From: Candidatus Sumerlaeales bacterium | Lineage (GTDB): Bacteria; Sumerlaeota; Sumerlaeia; Sumerlaeales; Sumerlaeaceae | Direction: 5' to 3' | Assembly: GCA_038243585.1 (NCBI GenBank) | Contig: JBBSQY010000001.1 | Coordinates: forward strand, 1-64,000 | DNA length: 64,000 bases | Shown: positions 38,628-48,374 of the stretch, in pieces | Position numbering within the stretch: position 1 is the stretch's first letter | How the letters are laid out: the number at the start of each line of letters is the position of its first letter | Position numbers and translations under genes: made by a program | Notes under the pieces: model-generated | What the model was told of the DNA's origin: nothing | The model's input: the letters and a program-made list of their open reading frames with translations, nothing else | Database searches by the model: none

Positions 38628-40178
38628 TTGCAGCGAAGGGGACTCACTTTGTTTAAGTTTCTATTTTTTTGGCCACGAGTGCTCCACACGATCCGGCAGA
38701 TATTCCTGTTTTTTTACCTGCTTATCGCAATTCCAATAAGAACCATTTACTGGCAGATCCGCCTGTTGGGCAAACCTGCCGGCGCGCGCAATCCCGATGA
38801 TCCCTACTTCGATGTCATTTGTCTTAGCCATGTGCCCTGGTCTCACATCTGGCAGCGCAATCACCACACAATGATGAGGCTTGCTGAAAACCGCAAGGTC
38901 ATTTATATCCAGCAGACCGCCATTTCATACATCCATTGGTTCGTGCGTCACTGGCATTATGGGATTTCGGAATACAATAACACTTATCCTGGACTTGAGT
39001 TGGAAACGCCCCTGTTTTTCCCCGGCCAGTCTCGCCTCCCGTTTGTCGGCGCTCTGAATCGCTGGGTCATCAGCACCCATGTCAGATGGCTGGAGCACAG
39101 TCACAATCTACGCAACACCGTCCTCTGGTTCTACTATCCCGGTTGCGCAAACGTTCTGGACAGCTTCAAACCGGCTGCCGTAGTCTACGATATTCAGGAC
39201 GAATACACCGCCTTTGACTGGTCGCCCAGAGACATTGCGGAACGCGAGCGCTATCTGCTTGATCGGGCAGATATCGTTTTCGCCGGCACCCATGCTCTTT
39301 ATCAGACAAAAACCGCCGGCTTCGCTGGCAAGGCATTCTTCTATCCGTGCGCGGTAGAATTTTCGCATTTCTACGCGGCAGCCCCCAAGTTTAACGACGC
39401 TTTCTTTGAATCTCACCCGGAGATATCAGGCGAGGCTGTTGAAATAATTAAAAAAGTGGACCACGCATTTCGCGAATCCGGCGAGGATTATGGAACAATT
39501 TCTGTCCCATCCGTTGAAGCGACTAATGCCGCCAAAGGCAAACCCGCCGGCAAGCAGGCCAAAGTCGATACCAAATATATCAAACAATCTGGAGAAACGG
39601 TGGAATTCCGTCAACCTGTGGAACTGAACGATCTTCGCCGGCCCCGCCTGGTATATGTGGGTCTCATTGACAAACGTATTGATCCGACATTGCTGGCACA
39701 CTTGGGCCAGTCTCACCCTGAGTGGGAAATTGTCATGATCGGGCCTGTAGATCACAAGCTGTTCGATCAGCAATCTGTGGAGCAGGCAGCCCCGAATGTA
39801 CGGTTTATCGGATCCGTCCAATACCGCTGGCTTCCAAACTTCCTGGCCCACTGCGATGTGTATCTAATGCCGTGGATAGTCAACGATCTGACCCGTCACA
39901 TCAACCCCACAAAAACGCTGGAGTATATGGCTGCAGGACGTCCCGTGGTCAGCATAAGTCTCCCTGATCTTGAAAATCTGTTTTCTGACAGCGTTAGCTT
40001 GTCCACCACCTACGAAGAGTTCGTGGAACATTGCGAAGCTGCTCTTGCAAACCAGCGCTGGGACAAAGTCGCCCGCGGCCTTGACAGGGCGTGGTCTTTC
40101 GCCTGGAATACTGCCGTTCACGAGATGGAACAGCACGTCAGCGATGCAATAGCGGCACGTAAAACGCCGCGGCATTAA
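38628..40178 (+). CDS. Glycosyltransferase, GT-B (family 4 / TuaH-like)
   Basis: WQRNHH, VYDIQDE, YVGLIDKRID, INPTKTLEYMAAGRPVVS. Confidence 0.9.
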   Translation: MQRRGLTLFKFLFFWPRVLHTIRQIFLFFYLLIAIPIRTIYWQIRLLGKPAGARNPDDPYFDVICLSHVPWSHIWQRNHHTMMRLAENRKVIYIQQTAISYIHWFVRHWHYGISEYNNTYPGLELETPLFFPGQSRLPFVGALNRWVISTHVRWLEHSHNLRNTVLWFYYPGCANVLDSFKPAAVVYDIQDEYTAFDWSPRDIAERERYLLDRADIVFAGTHALYQTKTAGFAGKAFFYPCAVEFSHFYAAAPKFNDAFFESHPEISGEAVEIIKKVDHAFRESGEDYGTISVPSVEATNAAKGKPAGKQAKVDTKYIKQSGETVEFRQPVELNDLRRPRLVYVGLIDKRIDPTLLAHLGQSHPEWEIVMIGPVDHKLFDQQSVEQAAPNVRFIGSVQYRWLPNFLAHCDVYLMPWIVNDLTRHINPTKTLEYMAAGRPVVSISLPDLENLFSDSVSLSTTYEEFVEHCEAALANQRWDKVARGLDRAWSFAWNTAVHEMEQHVSDAIAARKTPRH

Positions 40179-40344
40179 GATCAACTTTCTTCGATGCCTA
40201 TTGACGTACAACACACATTCTTGTCTGTCTCAAACCGTGGCTTCATTTGAGCAAGTGAAGTCTTTTTTGCCCAGATAAATACAACAAATTAAAAAGTCAG
40301 TCCTGCCTTTTTGACAGACATCAGTTTCAGCAAGAAGAGCTTGA

Positions 40345-41535
40345 ATGGAAACCTATGAAAGCGAAAATGGATCGCACTGGAAAGAAACAAAAAACCATCG
40401 TCCATTCGAGTACCTCAGCCGGGGAGACTTTACCTGGTTTGTAATTGGCCACTTCCTGCTTCTCCCACTGACACTGATCTCGTTGCTTCTAACAATCCTG
40501 TGCCTCCCCCTTTACCGGCTTTGGGCAATCTACCGCAGACGCCAGCCGGTGGAACCTGACGTCCATGGTGAAGTAAAACGGATCTCAGAAAACCCTGAGA
40601 TCCAGGCAAACATGACTCTCGGTGCTCAACTCGGTTCTGATGTTATACCAGTAATTTCCGTAGTGATGCCCTTTTACAACCGCGTGGCATGGGTCGACCG
40701 TGCTCTTGGCAGCGTGCTAAGCCAGCAGTTGCACGAAGATTTGACTGCGGAAATTATCGTGGTAGACAACGGATCAACCGACGGCACCTATGAGGCACTC
40801 CAACGCTATCCGGTACGCGTTATTAAATGCGCCGAACGTGGCCCTGGTGCAGCTCGAAACGCGGGCATAGCCGCCGCAAGGGCACCCGTCGTGGCGTTTA
40901 TCGATAGTGACTGCGTTGCCGATGATTACTGGCTCGCAAATATCGTCGAGGCGTTCAACGATCCAGAAATGCTACTGACGGGAGGACAAATCGTCAGTCT
41001 GGATTATGATGGGTTTGTGGCTACCTTTACCATAGAAGAACGAATCCTCAGCAACGACCGCTTCTTTAACAGTTCGGCATACTTCCCCCGATTCTTCGCC
41101 ACCGCAAACGCCGCCTATCGCCGATCCGCCCTGGAAAAAGTGGGTGGGTTCGATAATTCCCTCTGGATGAGCGAGGATGCCGATCTGGCCTTCCGTGTGA
41201 TGGAACTGGGCGGACGCATGATGTATCGCCACGATGCCGTAGTCTATCATCAGCATCGCCACACCCTCGGAGAGCTCTTTAACCAGGCCATCGATTACGG
41301 CGCCGCCTCAGTGGCGATCTTTGAAAAACACCGGTCCAAGCTGGAAGTGACCTCGGCCATTGGCTGGAAAAACATCCGAGATCTTGCCTGGTCGCCCTTT
41401 GAACTAATCTGCGACCAATTTACGGCAGAAAACGATTACGAACGGAAGCGGGAACTGCTCTACGCCCTATGGCGTTTGGGGTTCACCTACGGAACGATTC
41501 GCGAAAGCATTAAACGCCGCGTCCTTTTCATATAG
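40345..41535 (+). CDS. Glycosyltransferase family 2 with N-terminal TM
   Basis: SVVMPFYN, VVDNGSTDGT, GPGAARNAG, FIDSD, GGFD, EDADL. Confidence 0.93.
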   Translation: METYESENGSHWKETKNHRPFEYLSRGDFTWFVIGHFLLLPLTLISLLLTILCLPLYRLWAIYRRRQPVEPDVHGEVKRISENPEIQANMTLGAQLGSDVIPVISVVMPFYNRVAWVDRALGSVLSQQLHEDLTAEIIVVDNGSTDGTYEALQRYPVRVIKCAERGPGAARNAGIAAARAPVVAFIDSDCVADDYWLANIVEAFNDPEMLLTGGQIVSLDYDGFVATFTIEERILSNDRFFNSSAYFPRFFATANAAYRRSALEKVGGFDNSLWMSEDADLAFRVMELGGRMMYRHDAVVYHQHRHTLGELFNQAIDYGAASVAIFEKHRSKLEVTSAIGWKNIRDLAWSPFELICDQFTAENDYERKRELLYALWRLGFTYGTIRESIKRRVLFI

Positions 41536-41569
41536 CTCCAATATCTAGTGTTTTCTTTTCTTTGCCCCA

Positions 41570-41584
41570 TGGCACCTTGATAGC
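41570..41584 (+). promoter_or_regulatory. Possible sigma-54 promoter of the Gfo-Gfo-DUF1080 operon
   Basis: TGGCACCTTGATAGC(A): perfect -24 element and GG-N10-GC spacing. Confidence 0.5.
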
Positions 41585-41639
41585 ATTTTTTAGGTATTAA
41601 TGATTGCCTTGCCGTTTCTTGGACCTCAGAACCAGATTT

Positions 41640-42956
41640 GTGACCAAGATAAAAGAGACCCCGACCCAGGTCTGCGACCGTACTCTTAGCCGTCGCGACC
41701 TCCTCAAGCTCACCGCCACGGCGGCCTTGGGATTTACCATAGTCCCGCGCCACGTGCTTGGCGGCCCGGGCTACACTCCGCCCAGCGAAAAACTAACCCG
41801 CGGCATCATCGGATGCGGTGGCATGGGACAAAGCCATATTGGCTATAACTATGGCCCGATATTGGGATTGTGCGACGTGGATAGTAGCCACTTGAACAGT
41901 TCCTTGCAAAAAGCTCATGCTCAGGGTGATACATCCGCCAAAGGCTACCGAGACTTCCGCGAAATGCTGGAGCGCGACGACATCGATATTATCCACGTCG
42001 TCACACCGCCCCACTGGCACGCCGCCATGTCGATTCTCGCCGCAGAAAGCGGCAAGGATGTCTGGTGTGAAAAACCCATGACCCGCACCATTGGCGAGGG
42101 CATTAAAGTAAAAGAGGCCATCCGCCGCACAGGACGGATGTTGAGAGTTAATACCTGGTTCCGTTTTCAAAGCGACTGGTACGGAGCAGGCACCACCGTA
42201 GCCCCGCTTAAAAAGCTGGTAGATAGCGGAATGCTGGGCTGGCCCCTGAAATTCACCCTTGGCAGCAGCACCGGATTTGATTGGAAACAGGACGATTGGG
42301 ACGGACAGGCTGGGCTGAAAGCAGAGCCGATTCCGCCGGAACTGGACTACAACCTGTGGCTTGGCCCAGCGCCGGAGAAGCCCTACAATAGCCTTCGGGT
42401 TCACAAAAACTTTCGCGGATACTGGGATTACGACGGCGGCGGCCTTGGCGATATGGGCCAGCACTACCTGGATCCCGTTCAGTATCTGCTCGGCAAAGAC
42501 GACACCAGCCCCGTTGAAGTTGAAGCCGATTCCGTTCAGCAGCACCCGGAAGTGGTTCACCCTTTCCGCTCCATTCGCATGAAATACGCGGACGGATGCG
42601 AAATTATCCTGGATGGCGGCCCCGCCAAAAAAGGTGTGCCCCTAATCGAAGGGCCAAAGGGCAAGCTTTTCCCGGATTTCGAATCAGATATTCCCGACCT
42701 GCGAGTGAAGCTCGATCGAATCCCCGATCCTGAGTTTCATATTGCAGAATTCTCCGATGCCGTCAGGTCCCGTCAGCCCTTCGCCCTGAACGAGCAGAAC
42801 GGCCATCGCTCCTGCACGCTTATCAACCTGGCAAAGATCGCCACCCGCCTCAGACGGCCTCTCCAGTATGACCCGGTGGCGGAGAAATTTGTAAACGATG
42901 AACAGGCCAACACGCTCGTTGACGAACCAATGCGTGCACCCTGGACGCTCTTATAA
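41640..42956 (+). CDS. Tat-exported Gfo/Idh/MocA oxidoreductase (copy 1)
   Basis: SRRDLLK Tat motif; GCGGMG; PPHWH; CEKP; WLGPAP; DMGQH; start uncertain (GTG 41640). Confidence 0.92.
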   Translation: MTKIKETPTQVCDRTLSRRDLLKLTATAALGFTIVPRHVLGGPGYTPPSEKLTRGIIGCGGMGQSHIGYNYGPILGLCDVDSSHLNSSLQKAHAQGDTSAKGYRDFREMLERDDIDIIHVVTPPHWHAAMSILAAESGKDVWCEKPMTRTIGEGIKVKEAIRRTGRMLRVNTWFRFQSDWYGAGTTVAPLKKLVDSGMLGWPLKFTLGSSTGFDWKQDDWDGQAGLKAEPIPPELDYNLWLGPAPEKPYNSLRVHKNFRGYWDYDGGGLGDMGQHYLDPVQYLLGKDDTSPVEVEADSVQQHPEVVHPFRSIRMKYADGCEIILDGGPAKKGVPLIEGPKGKLFPDFESDIPDLRVKLDRIPDPEFHIAEFSDAVRSRQPFALNEQNGHRSCTLINLAKIATRLRRPLQYDPVAEKFVNDEQANTLVDEPMRAPWTLL

Positions 42957-42992
42957 TTTCAATAAATACTGATAAGCTCTATTGGAGGATTT

Positions 42993-44279
42993 GTGACCGA
43001 TAACACAATTAGTCGCCGTGACCTGTTGAAGGCGGGCGCCGCCGCTGCTCTAGGCTTTACTATTGTCCCACGCCACGTCCTCGGCGGTCCTGGCTATACG
43101 CCCCCCAGCGAACAAATTACCCGCGCTATTATTGGCACGGGTGGCATGGGGCGCGGACATATCAACTATGACCTTGGTCCCCTGCTTGCGGTTTGTGACG
43201 TAGACAGCAACCATCTAAAAATGGCCCTGGACCAGGCAGGCCAAAAAGGTTATAAAAACGTCGCCTCTTACAAGGATTGGCGCGAAGTAATTGAACGCAA
43301 AGACATCGATCTGGTGCATCTCCCCTGCCCGCCCCACTGGCACGCAGTCATGGGCATAGCCGCCGCCAACGCTGGCAAAGACATCTGGGGCGAAAAACCC
43401 ATGTCCCGCACCATAGGCGAAGGTCTCGCCCTGCGCGACGCCATCAAGCGCAATGGCAGAATCTTCCGCGTAAACACCTACTGGCGCTATGAGCGTGAGT
43501 TCTTCGGCCTCGGCGCACCCGTCAAAACCATCAAAAAGATGATCATGCACGGTATGCTCGGGTGGCCCGTAAAAGCCTATCTCGGCGAAGTTCACGGGTT
43601 CGAATGGAAAACCTTCGCGTGGTCTGGACAGCCCGGCCTGAAAGAGGAACCGGTACCGGCGGAACTGGACTATAATATGTGGCTTGGCCCCGCGCCTTAT
43701 AAGCCATACAACAAGGACCGCGTCCACATGAAGTTCCGTGGCTACTGGGATTATGACGGCGGCGGCCTGGGAGACCAGGCCCAGCACTTCGTAGACCCGG
43801 TTCAGTACATCCTGGGCAAAGACGACACGAGTCCCATCGAAGTGGAAGCCGACGCCTACGAACAGCATCCGTATGCCGTACAGCCTTTCCGCAACGTCGT
43901 TCTTCGCTACGCAGACGGCTGCGAAATCAAGATTGACGCCGAAATGGGCGATCCTGACACCCCAATGTTTGAAGGTCCGGAAGGGAAAGTACTCAGCGGC
44001 TTCCGTTGCTCTATCCCTGATTGGGAAAAGAAACTGGCTCAACTTCCTGACCCCGATCCACAAAATGATGACTTCAAGGCGTGCCTGTTGAATCGCCAGC
44101 CCTTCTGCCTCAACGAACAGGTCAGTCATCGCGCCTGCACCCTGATCAACCTCGCGAAAACCGCCGTACGCACCGGGCGGAAACTACGCTTCGATCCAGA
44201 CAAATTCGAGTACATCGACGATGCACAGGCGAATCTCCTGATTAACGAACCAATGCGCGCGCCGTGGTCGCTGAGCTAA
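42993..44279 (+). CDS. Tat-exported Gfo/Idh/MocA oxidoreductase (copy 2)
   Basis: GGAGG Shine-Dalgarno; SRRDLLK; GTGGMG; GEKP; WLGPAP; close paralog of the preceding gene. Confidence 0.93.
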   Translation: MTDNTISRRDLLKAGAAAALGFTIVPRHVLGGPGYTPPSEQITRAIIGTGGMGRGHINYDLGPLLAVCDVDSNHLKMALDQAGQKGYKNVASYKDWREVIERKDIDLVHLPCPPHWHAVMGIAAANAGKDIWGEKPMSRTIGEGLALRDAIKRNGRIFRVNTYWRYEREFFGLGAPVKTIKKMIMHGMLGWPVKAYLGEVHGFEWKTFAWSGQPGLKEEPVPAELDYNMWLGPAPYKPYNKDRVHMKFRGYWDYDGGGLGDQAQHFVDPVQYILGKDDTSPIEVEADAYEQHPYAVQPFRNVVLRYADGCEIKIDAEMGDPDTPMFEGPEGKVLSGFRCSIPDWEKKLAQLPDPDPQNDDFKACLLNRQPFCLNEQVSHRACTLINLAKTAVRTGRKLRFDPDKFEYIDDAQANLLINEPMRAPWSLS

Positions 44280-44388
44280 TGACTGGCAAAGCCTCTGTCG
44301 TAAACGGCGGGCGGCCACCATGCGACACCGACTCCACCGCCACCTTAAATTTAAAAGCTTTAGCATCCCAAAAGGACTATCAAACAAT

Positions 44389-47300
44389 ATGAAAAAAGCC
44401 CACCTGTTTGCCCTCACTCTCGGTCTTGCGCCCGCGGCGCTTTCCGCACAGGATTTTAACGTAACTCCACAACAGCAGACGCTGATTGCAGAAATTCCTA
44501 CCAGCAGCGCCGCCACCGCGCGTCAGCTCTTTGGCGAATTAAGCAAAGATGCCGCCGTGCTCGTGCCGATGTTTGCCGCAAAGCTCTCGACGGAAAAAAG
44601 CGACGCCGACACCACCGCCCGTTATGCCCTCGGCGGACTCGTTTGGACAACCGGCCACAGCGGCACGCCGGAACAGAAGCAGCAGCTTGCAAAGCTTATC
44701 GCCGACTCCATAGCAAAAACCACCGACGTCGAACCCAAATCATTCCTCATTGAGCAGCTTCAGTTTATGGGACAGCCCTCCATAGCAGACGTCCTTTACC
44801 CCTTGATGACAGATAAAGACCTCGGCCCCCGTGCAATCCGCACCCTGGCGGCACTAAAGCCAGAAGCGCTCGCGGAGCAGGCACTCACAAAACTAAGCGA
44901 CTCCAACACTACGGAAGTGCAGGCAGGACTGCTTCTCACCCTCGCCCAGCTGGCCCCCGCAAACGCCGTGGCGAAGATCGCGCCCTTGGTCAATGCAACG
45001 GATGGCGACGTCCGCGCAGCCGCCCTGGATGCCCTTGCTGCCATTGCCGACCCATCCTCGCGGGATGCCCTGAAACAGGCCGCCCTTGCCACGGAAACGT
45101 TCGAAGACCTTCTCGCACCGGCACGCTATCTTGATTACGCGAAAAACCTGGCGGCTAAAGATCAGAAAGACTTGGCAGCGGAGATATGTCGCGAAGTTAT
45201 CGCCATGGACCTGACCCCGGCAAATCAACATCTTGCCGGACTTGCCCTGACCACTCTCGCCGACATCGTGGGAGAGCCCGCCGCTGACGATCTGCTGGCC
45301 CATGTGCGCGACGACCAGGAAGATGTCCGTGCCACGGCACTGGATAATCTTAATCGTTTCCCTTCTGAGCCTATGACGGTCCACATCATCAGAGAACTCG
45401 AAACGTCACCAGATCCTGAAGTCACCGTTGCCATTCTGCTTGCTCTTGGCGACCGGAAAGACGCTTCGGCTCTTCCTGCTGTATCGGCAAAATTCGCCGA
45501 CGAAAACGAACTGGTTGCTACGACAGCCGTGGCTTCCGCCGGAGAAATAGACCGGTCTAAAGCGCTGCCTGCATACTTGGACTCGTTGACGACCACTACT
45601 AATGACAACATTGTAAAAGCCGTCATCGATCAGATGCGCAGGGTTAAAACAGAAGAACTCCTGCCCGCCGTAGCTAAGGCGCTGCCGACGTCGAATGCCG
45701 CCGGACAGGTTGCCCTCATAGGCCTGCTCGGAGAACGCCGCGCCGTACAGCAGAAAGACGTTATCTTTGCCGCCACTGAATCAAAGAATTCAAAAGTTCG
45801 CTCCGCCGCCTACGACGCCCTTGGACGCGTTGCAGAGGCCGGCGACCTTGCACGTTTGCGTGATATGATCCTTGCAGCAGACTCTAGCGCCACCCGCAAA
45901 TCTGCGCGGCAGGCTTTTGTCGTAGCAGCAAAAGATTCCGGCGACGCCGCAACCCGCTCGCGCCTTCTACTGGACTCTTTCACCTCCGCCAACCCGGATG
46001 GAAAAGAAGTACTGTTGGAAACCATGGCAGCCCTGGGTGATAAAGAATCACTTCAGATTGTCATCGATACCGCGTCAACAACCGCCGTACCCGAGTTGCA
46101 AAACGCCGCTGTCCGAGCGCTATCTGAATGGCAAAGCACTGATGTGGCGACAGAACTAGCCCGCATAGCACAAAAGTCACCAGTGGAAACCCATCAGGTG
46201 CTTGCAGTGCGCGGCCTTTCCCGCCTCGCCGGCGAAATAAAAGATGCTCCTGCGAAAAAAACCGAAATACTGATGCAGGCCCTTCGCCTGGCCAAACGCC
46301 CTGAAGAACAAAAAACTATCGTATCACAGCTCGGTGACGTAAAAACAACCGATGCGCTCCGGGCTGTCTCACCGTATGTGGATAAAGAGGGCGTAGCCGC
46401 TGAAGCCGCAGCCGCAGCCGTCAAGATTGCGCTGCCAGGCAAGTCCGACACTGGCATTCGAGGTCCGGAAACCGCCGAAACCCTGGGACGCGCACTGCAA
46501 GCTATTCCTGACGAGAAAAAGCGTAAGGAAGTAGAGAAGTTTATCTACGGTATTATCCAGGAAATCAACTCAGCTCCGGTGCAACTCGACAACGAAGGTT
46601 TCGCAATCCTTTTTAACGGCAAAGATCTTTCCGGCTGGTGCGGTGACCTGGATGGATATTCCGTAGAAAATGGCGTGCTCGTCTGCCAAAAAGATGGCGG
46701 CGGCAAACTCTTTACAGAAAAGCAGTATGGCGACTACGTCTTCCGGTTCGAATTTAAACTCGAGGCTGGCGGCAATAACGGCGTCGGAATACGTGCTCCA
46801 CTCCACGGCGACGCCGCTTATGACGGCATGGAAGTACAGATTCTAGACGATAAAGACCCCCAATATAAAGACATCAAGCCATGGCAGGTTCACGGCTCAG
46901 TATACGGCATATCCCCCGCCCAGCCCTCCGATGTGAAGATTGGCGAGTGGAACACGGAAGAAATTTCAGTTGTCGGACGAAACATCAAAGTTACAGTTAA
47001 CGGCAAGGTAGTATCAGATGTAAACCTCGACGAAGCCGCTAAGACGCCATTCCCCAGCGGCAAGGCTCATCCCGGCACCAAACGGAACCGCGGCCACATT
47101 GGTTTTCTGGGTCATCATCACAAGGTTGAATTCCGCAACGTTCGCCTGAAAAACGTCGCGAACACTCCTCCTGCCGGTTATACAGCGTTATTCAACGGCG
47201 AAAATCTGGACGGCTGGAAGGGCCTGGTTGCCAACCCCATTAAAAGAAAAGCCATGCCTGCCGACGAGCTCCAAAAGGCCCAGGCAATAGCCGACGCCAA

Positions 47301-47766
47301 GATGCAGAAACATTGGGACGTAAACAACGCCATTCTGTTTTTCGATGGTGAAGGATCCCACATGTGCACCACAAAAGACTACCGCAATTTTGAGATGCTG
47401 GTAGACTGGTGTATTCCTCCGGGCGGCGACAACGGCATATATCTTCGCGGCACTCCACAGGTGCAGATCTGGGATCCACGTATCTGGCCCCAGGGCAGTG
47501 GTGGCCTGTATAACAATGAAAAGAACACCAGCAATCCCCTGGTGCTGGCGGATAATCCCATCGGTCAATGGAACCAGTTTCGAATTAAGATGGTGGACGA
47601 CAAGGTCACGGTTCACTTGAACGAAAAGCTGGTTGTAGACAACGTGGTATTGGAGAATTTCTGGGATCGCAAACTTCCTGTAGCCCCAAAAGAGCAGATC
47701 GAGCTACAAAGCCACGGCTCTCCCGCCTGGTTCCGGAACGTATATGTTAAAGAACTTCCAGATTAA
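44389..47766 (+). CDS. Secreted HEAT-repeat protein with two C-terminal DUF1080 (3-keto-glycoside hydrolase-like) domains
   Basis: Signal peptide from MKKAHLF; about 720 aa of HEAT-like helices; two LFNGxxLxGW...NxG...E/QVQI...FRNV domains. Confidence 0.92.
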   Translation: MKKAHLFALTLGLAPAALSAQDFNVTPQQQTLIAEIPTSSAATARQLFGELSKDAAVLVPMFAAKLSTEKSDADTTARYALGGLVWTTGHSGTPEQKQQLAKLIADSIAKTTDVEPKSFLIEQLQFMGQPSIADVLYPLMTDKDLGPRAIRTLAALKPEALAEQALTKLSDSNTTEVQAGLLLTLAQLAPANAVAKIAPLVNATDGDVRAAALDALAAIADPSSRDALKQAALATETFEDLLAPARYLDYAKNLAAKDQKDLAAEICREVIAMDLTPANQHLAGLALTTLADIVGEPAADDLLAHVRDDQEDVRATALDNLNRFPSEPMTVHIIRELETSPDPEVTVAILLALGDRKDASALPAVSAKFADENELVATTAVASAGEIDRSKALPAYLDSLTTTTNDNIVKAVIDQMRRVKTEELLPAVAKALPTSNAAGQVALIGLLGERRAVQQKDVIFAATESKNSKVRSAAYDALGRVAEAGDLARLRDMILAADSSATRKSARQAFVVAAKDSGDAATRSRLLLDSFTSANPDGKEVLLETMAALGDKESLQIVIDTASTTAVPELQNAAVRALSEWQSTDVATELARIAQKSPVETHQVLAVRGLSRLAGEIKDAPAKKTEILMQALRLAKRPEEQKTIVSQLGDVKTTDALRAVSPYVDKEGVAAEAAAAAVKIALPGKSDTGIRGPETAETLGRALQAIPDEKKRKEVEKFIYGIIQEINSAPVQLDNEGFAILFNGKDLSGWCGDLDGYSVENGVLVCQKDGGGKLFTEKQYGDYVFRFEFKLEAGGNNGVGIRAPLHGDAAYDGMEVQILDDKDPQYKDIKPWQVHGSVYGISPAQPSDVKIGEWNTEEISVVGRNIKVTVNGKVVSDVNLDEAAKTPFPSGKAHPGTKRNRGHIGFLGHHHKVEFRNVRLKNVANTPPAGYTALFNGENLDGWKGLVANPIKRKAMPADELQKAQAIADAKMQKHWDVNNAILFFDGEGSHMCTTKDYRNFEMLVDWCIPPGGDNGIYLRGTPQVQIWDPRIWPQGSGGLYNNEKNTSNPLVLADNPIGQWNQFRIKMVDDKVTVHLNEKLVVDNVVLENFWDRKLPVAPKEQIELQSHGSPAWFRNVYVKELPD

Positions 47767-47788
47767 ATAACAAAGCGATAATGACCCA

Positions 47789-47827
47789 AAAAAAGCCGCC
47801 GTCAGATAATTTGACGGCGGCTTTTTT
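47789..47827. terminator. Bidirectional intrinsic terminator
   Basis: AAAAAAGCCGCCGTCA-gataatt-TGACGGCGGCTTTTTT between convergent genes. Confidence 0.92.
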
Positions 47828-47866
47828 ATTAGTCGGTTTCGTAGAGCCAATAGTGGCTAGCGTAAC

Positions 47867-48238
47867 TTAGACATCTTCCTCAGTAAGGATTGTTTCTTTT
47901 TCAGGCTGAGGGATATGTGCCCGCGGGTCGTTTAGTCGATCAAAGGTTTTATCAAGCGTCCGGACCATCTTGTCAATAGCTCCATCCAGTGCCTGCATAG
48001 CATTAGCGGCCTGTTCCGTCACCGTCACTGGATCGCGGCCGGCTGGCCGTGCTTCTAATGCGCAACGCTTGTCATTCTCGCCAGACTTAGTGCTACTGTT
48101 CACATCGTTAAAGTGAACGAGGACCGTAGTAAGACGCTCACTAAAACGCGCCAGCGCGTCTTCTATAACTGCTTCGGCCTGTACAATAAGTTCTTTATTG
48201 CCGGGGATGTGGTGATCAGCATGGACCTGTATGTTCAT
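47867..48238 (-). CDS. HPF/RaiA family ribosome-associated protein
   Basis: MNIQV...ALARFSERLTTVLVHFND...DKRCALEARPAG...ALDGAIDKM; start ATG 48238. Confidence 0.85.
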   Translation of the reverse strand: MNIQVHADHHIPGNKELIVQAEAVIEDALARFSERLTTVLVHFNDVNSSTKSGENDKRCALEARPAGRDPVTVTEQAANAMQALDGAIDKMVRTLDKTFDRLNDPRAHIPQPEKETILTEEDV

Positions 48239-48374
48239 AGATGAATCCTTCAATTTTTATCTTATAAGTTACAGTCGTGCACCTGCGGTATTGCTTAGTA
48301 TTAGCAGGCATACCGTGTTAACAAATGCCTCATGTTGCAACCGTACGCCATGCTATCAGCTTTTCGATTTTGTG

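Noticed and set aside
40238..40252. TGGCTTCATTTGAGC before the GT2 gene as a sigma-54 promoter
   Set aside because: Spacing is right but the -12 element is poor; could easily be chance
41793..44129. Long antisense ORFs (41793..42560, 43215..44129; also 48657..49499, 37335..38036, 17612..18265)
   Set aside because: Shadow frames opposite well-supported genes, with no recognisable motifs
48337..48350. Minus-strand TGGCGTACGGTTGC before the HPF gene as a sigma-54 promoter
   Set aside because: Spacing is GG-N9-GC, one short of the required GG-N10-GC
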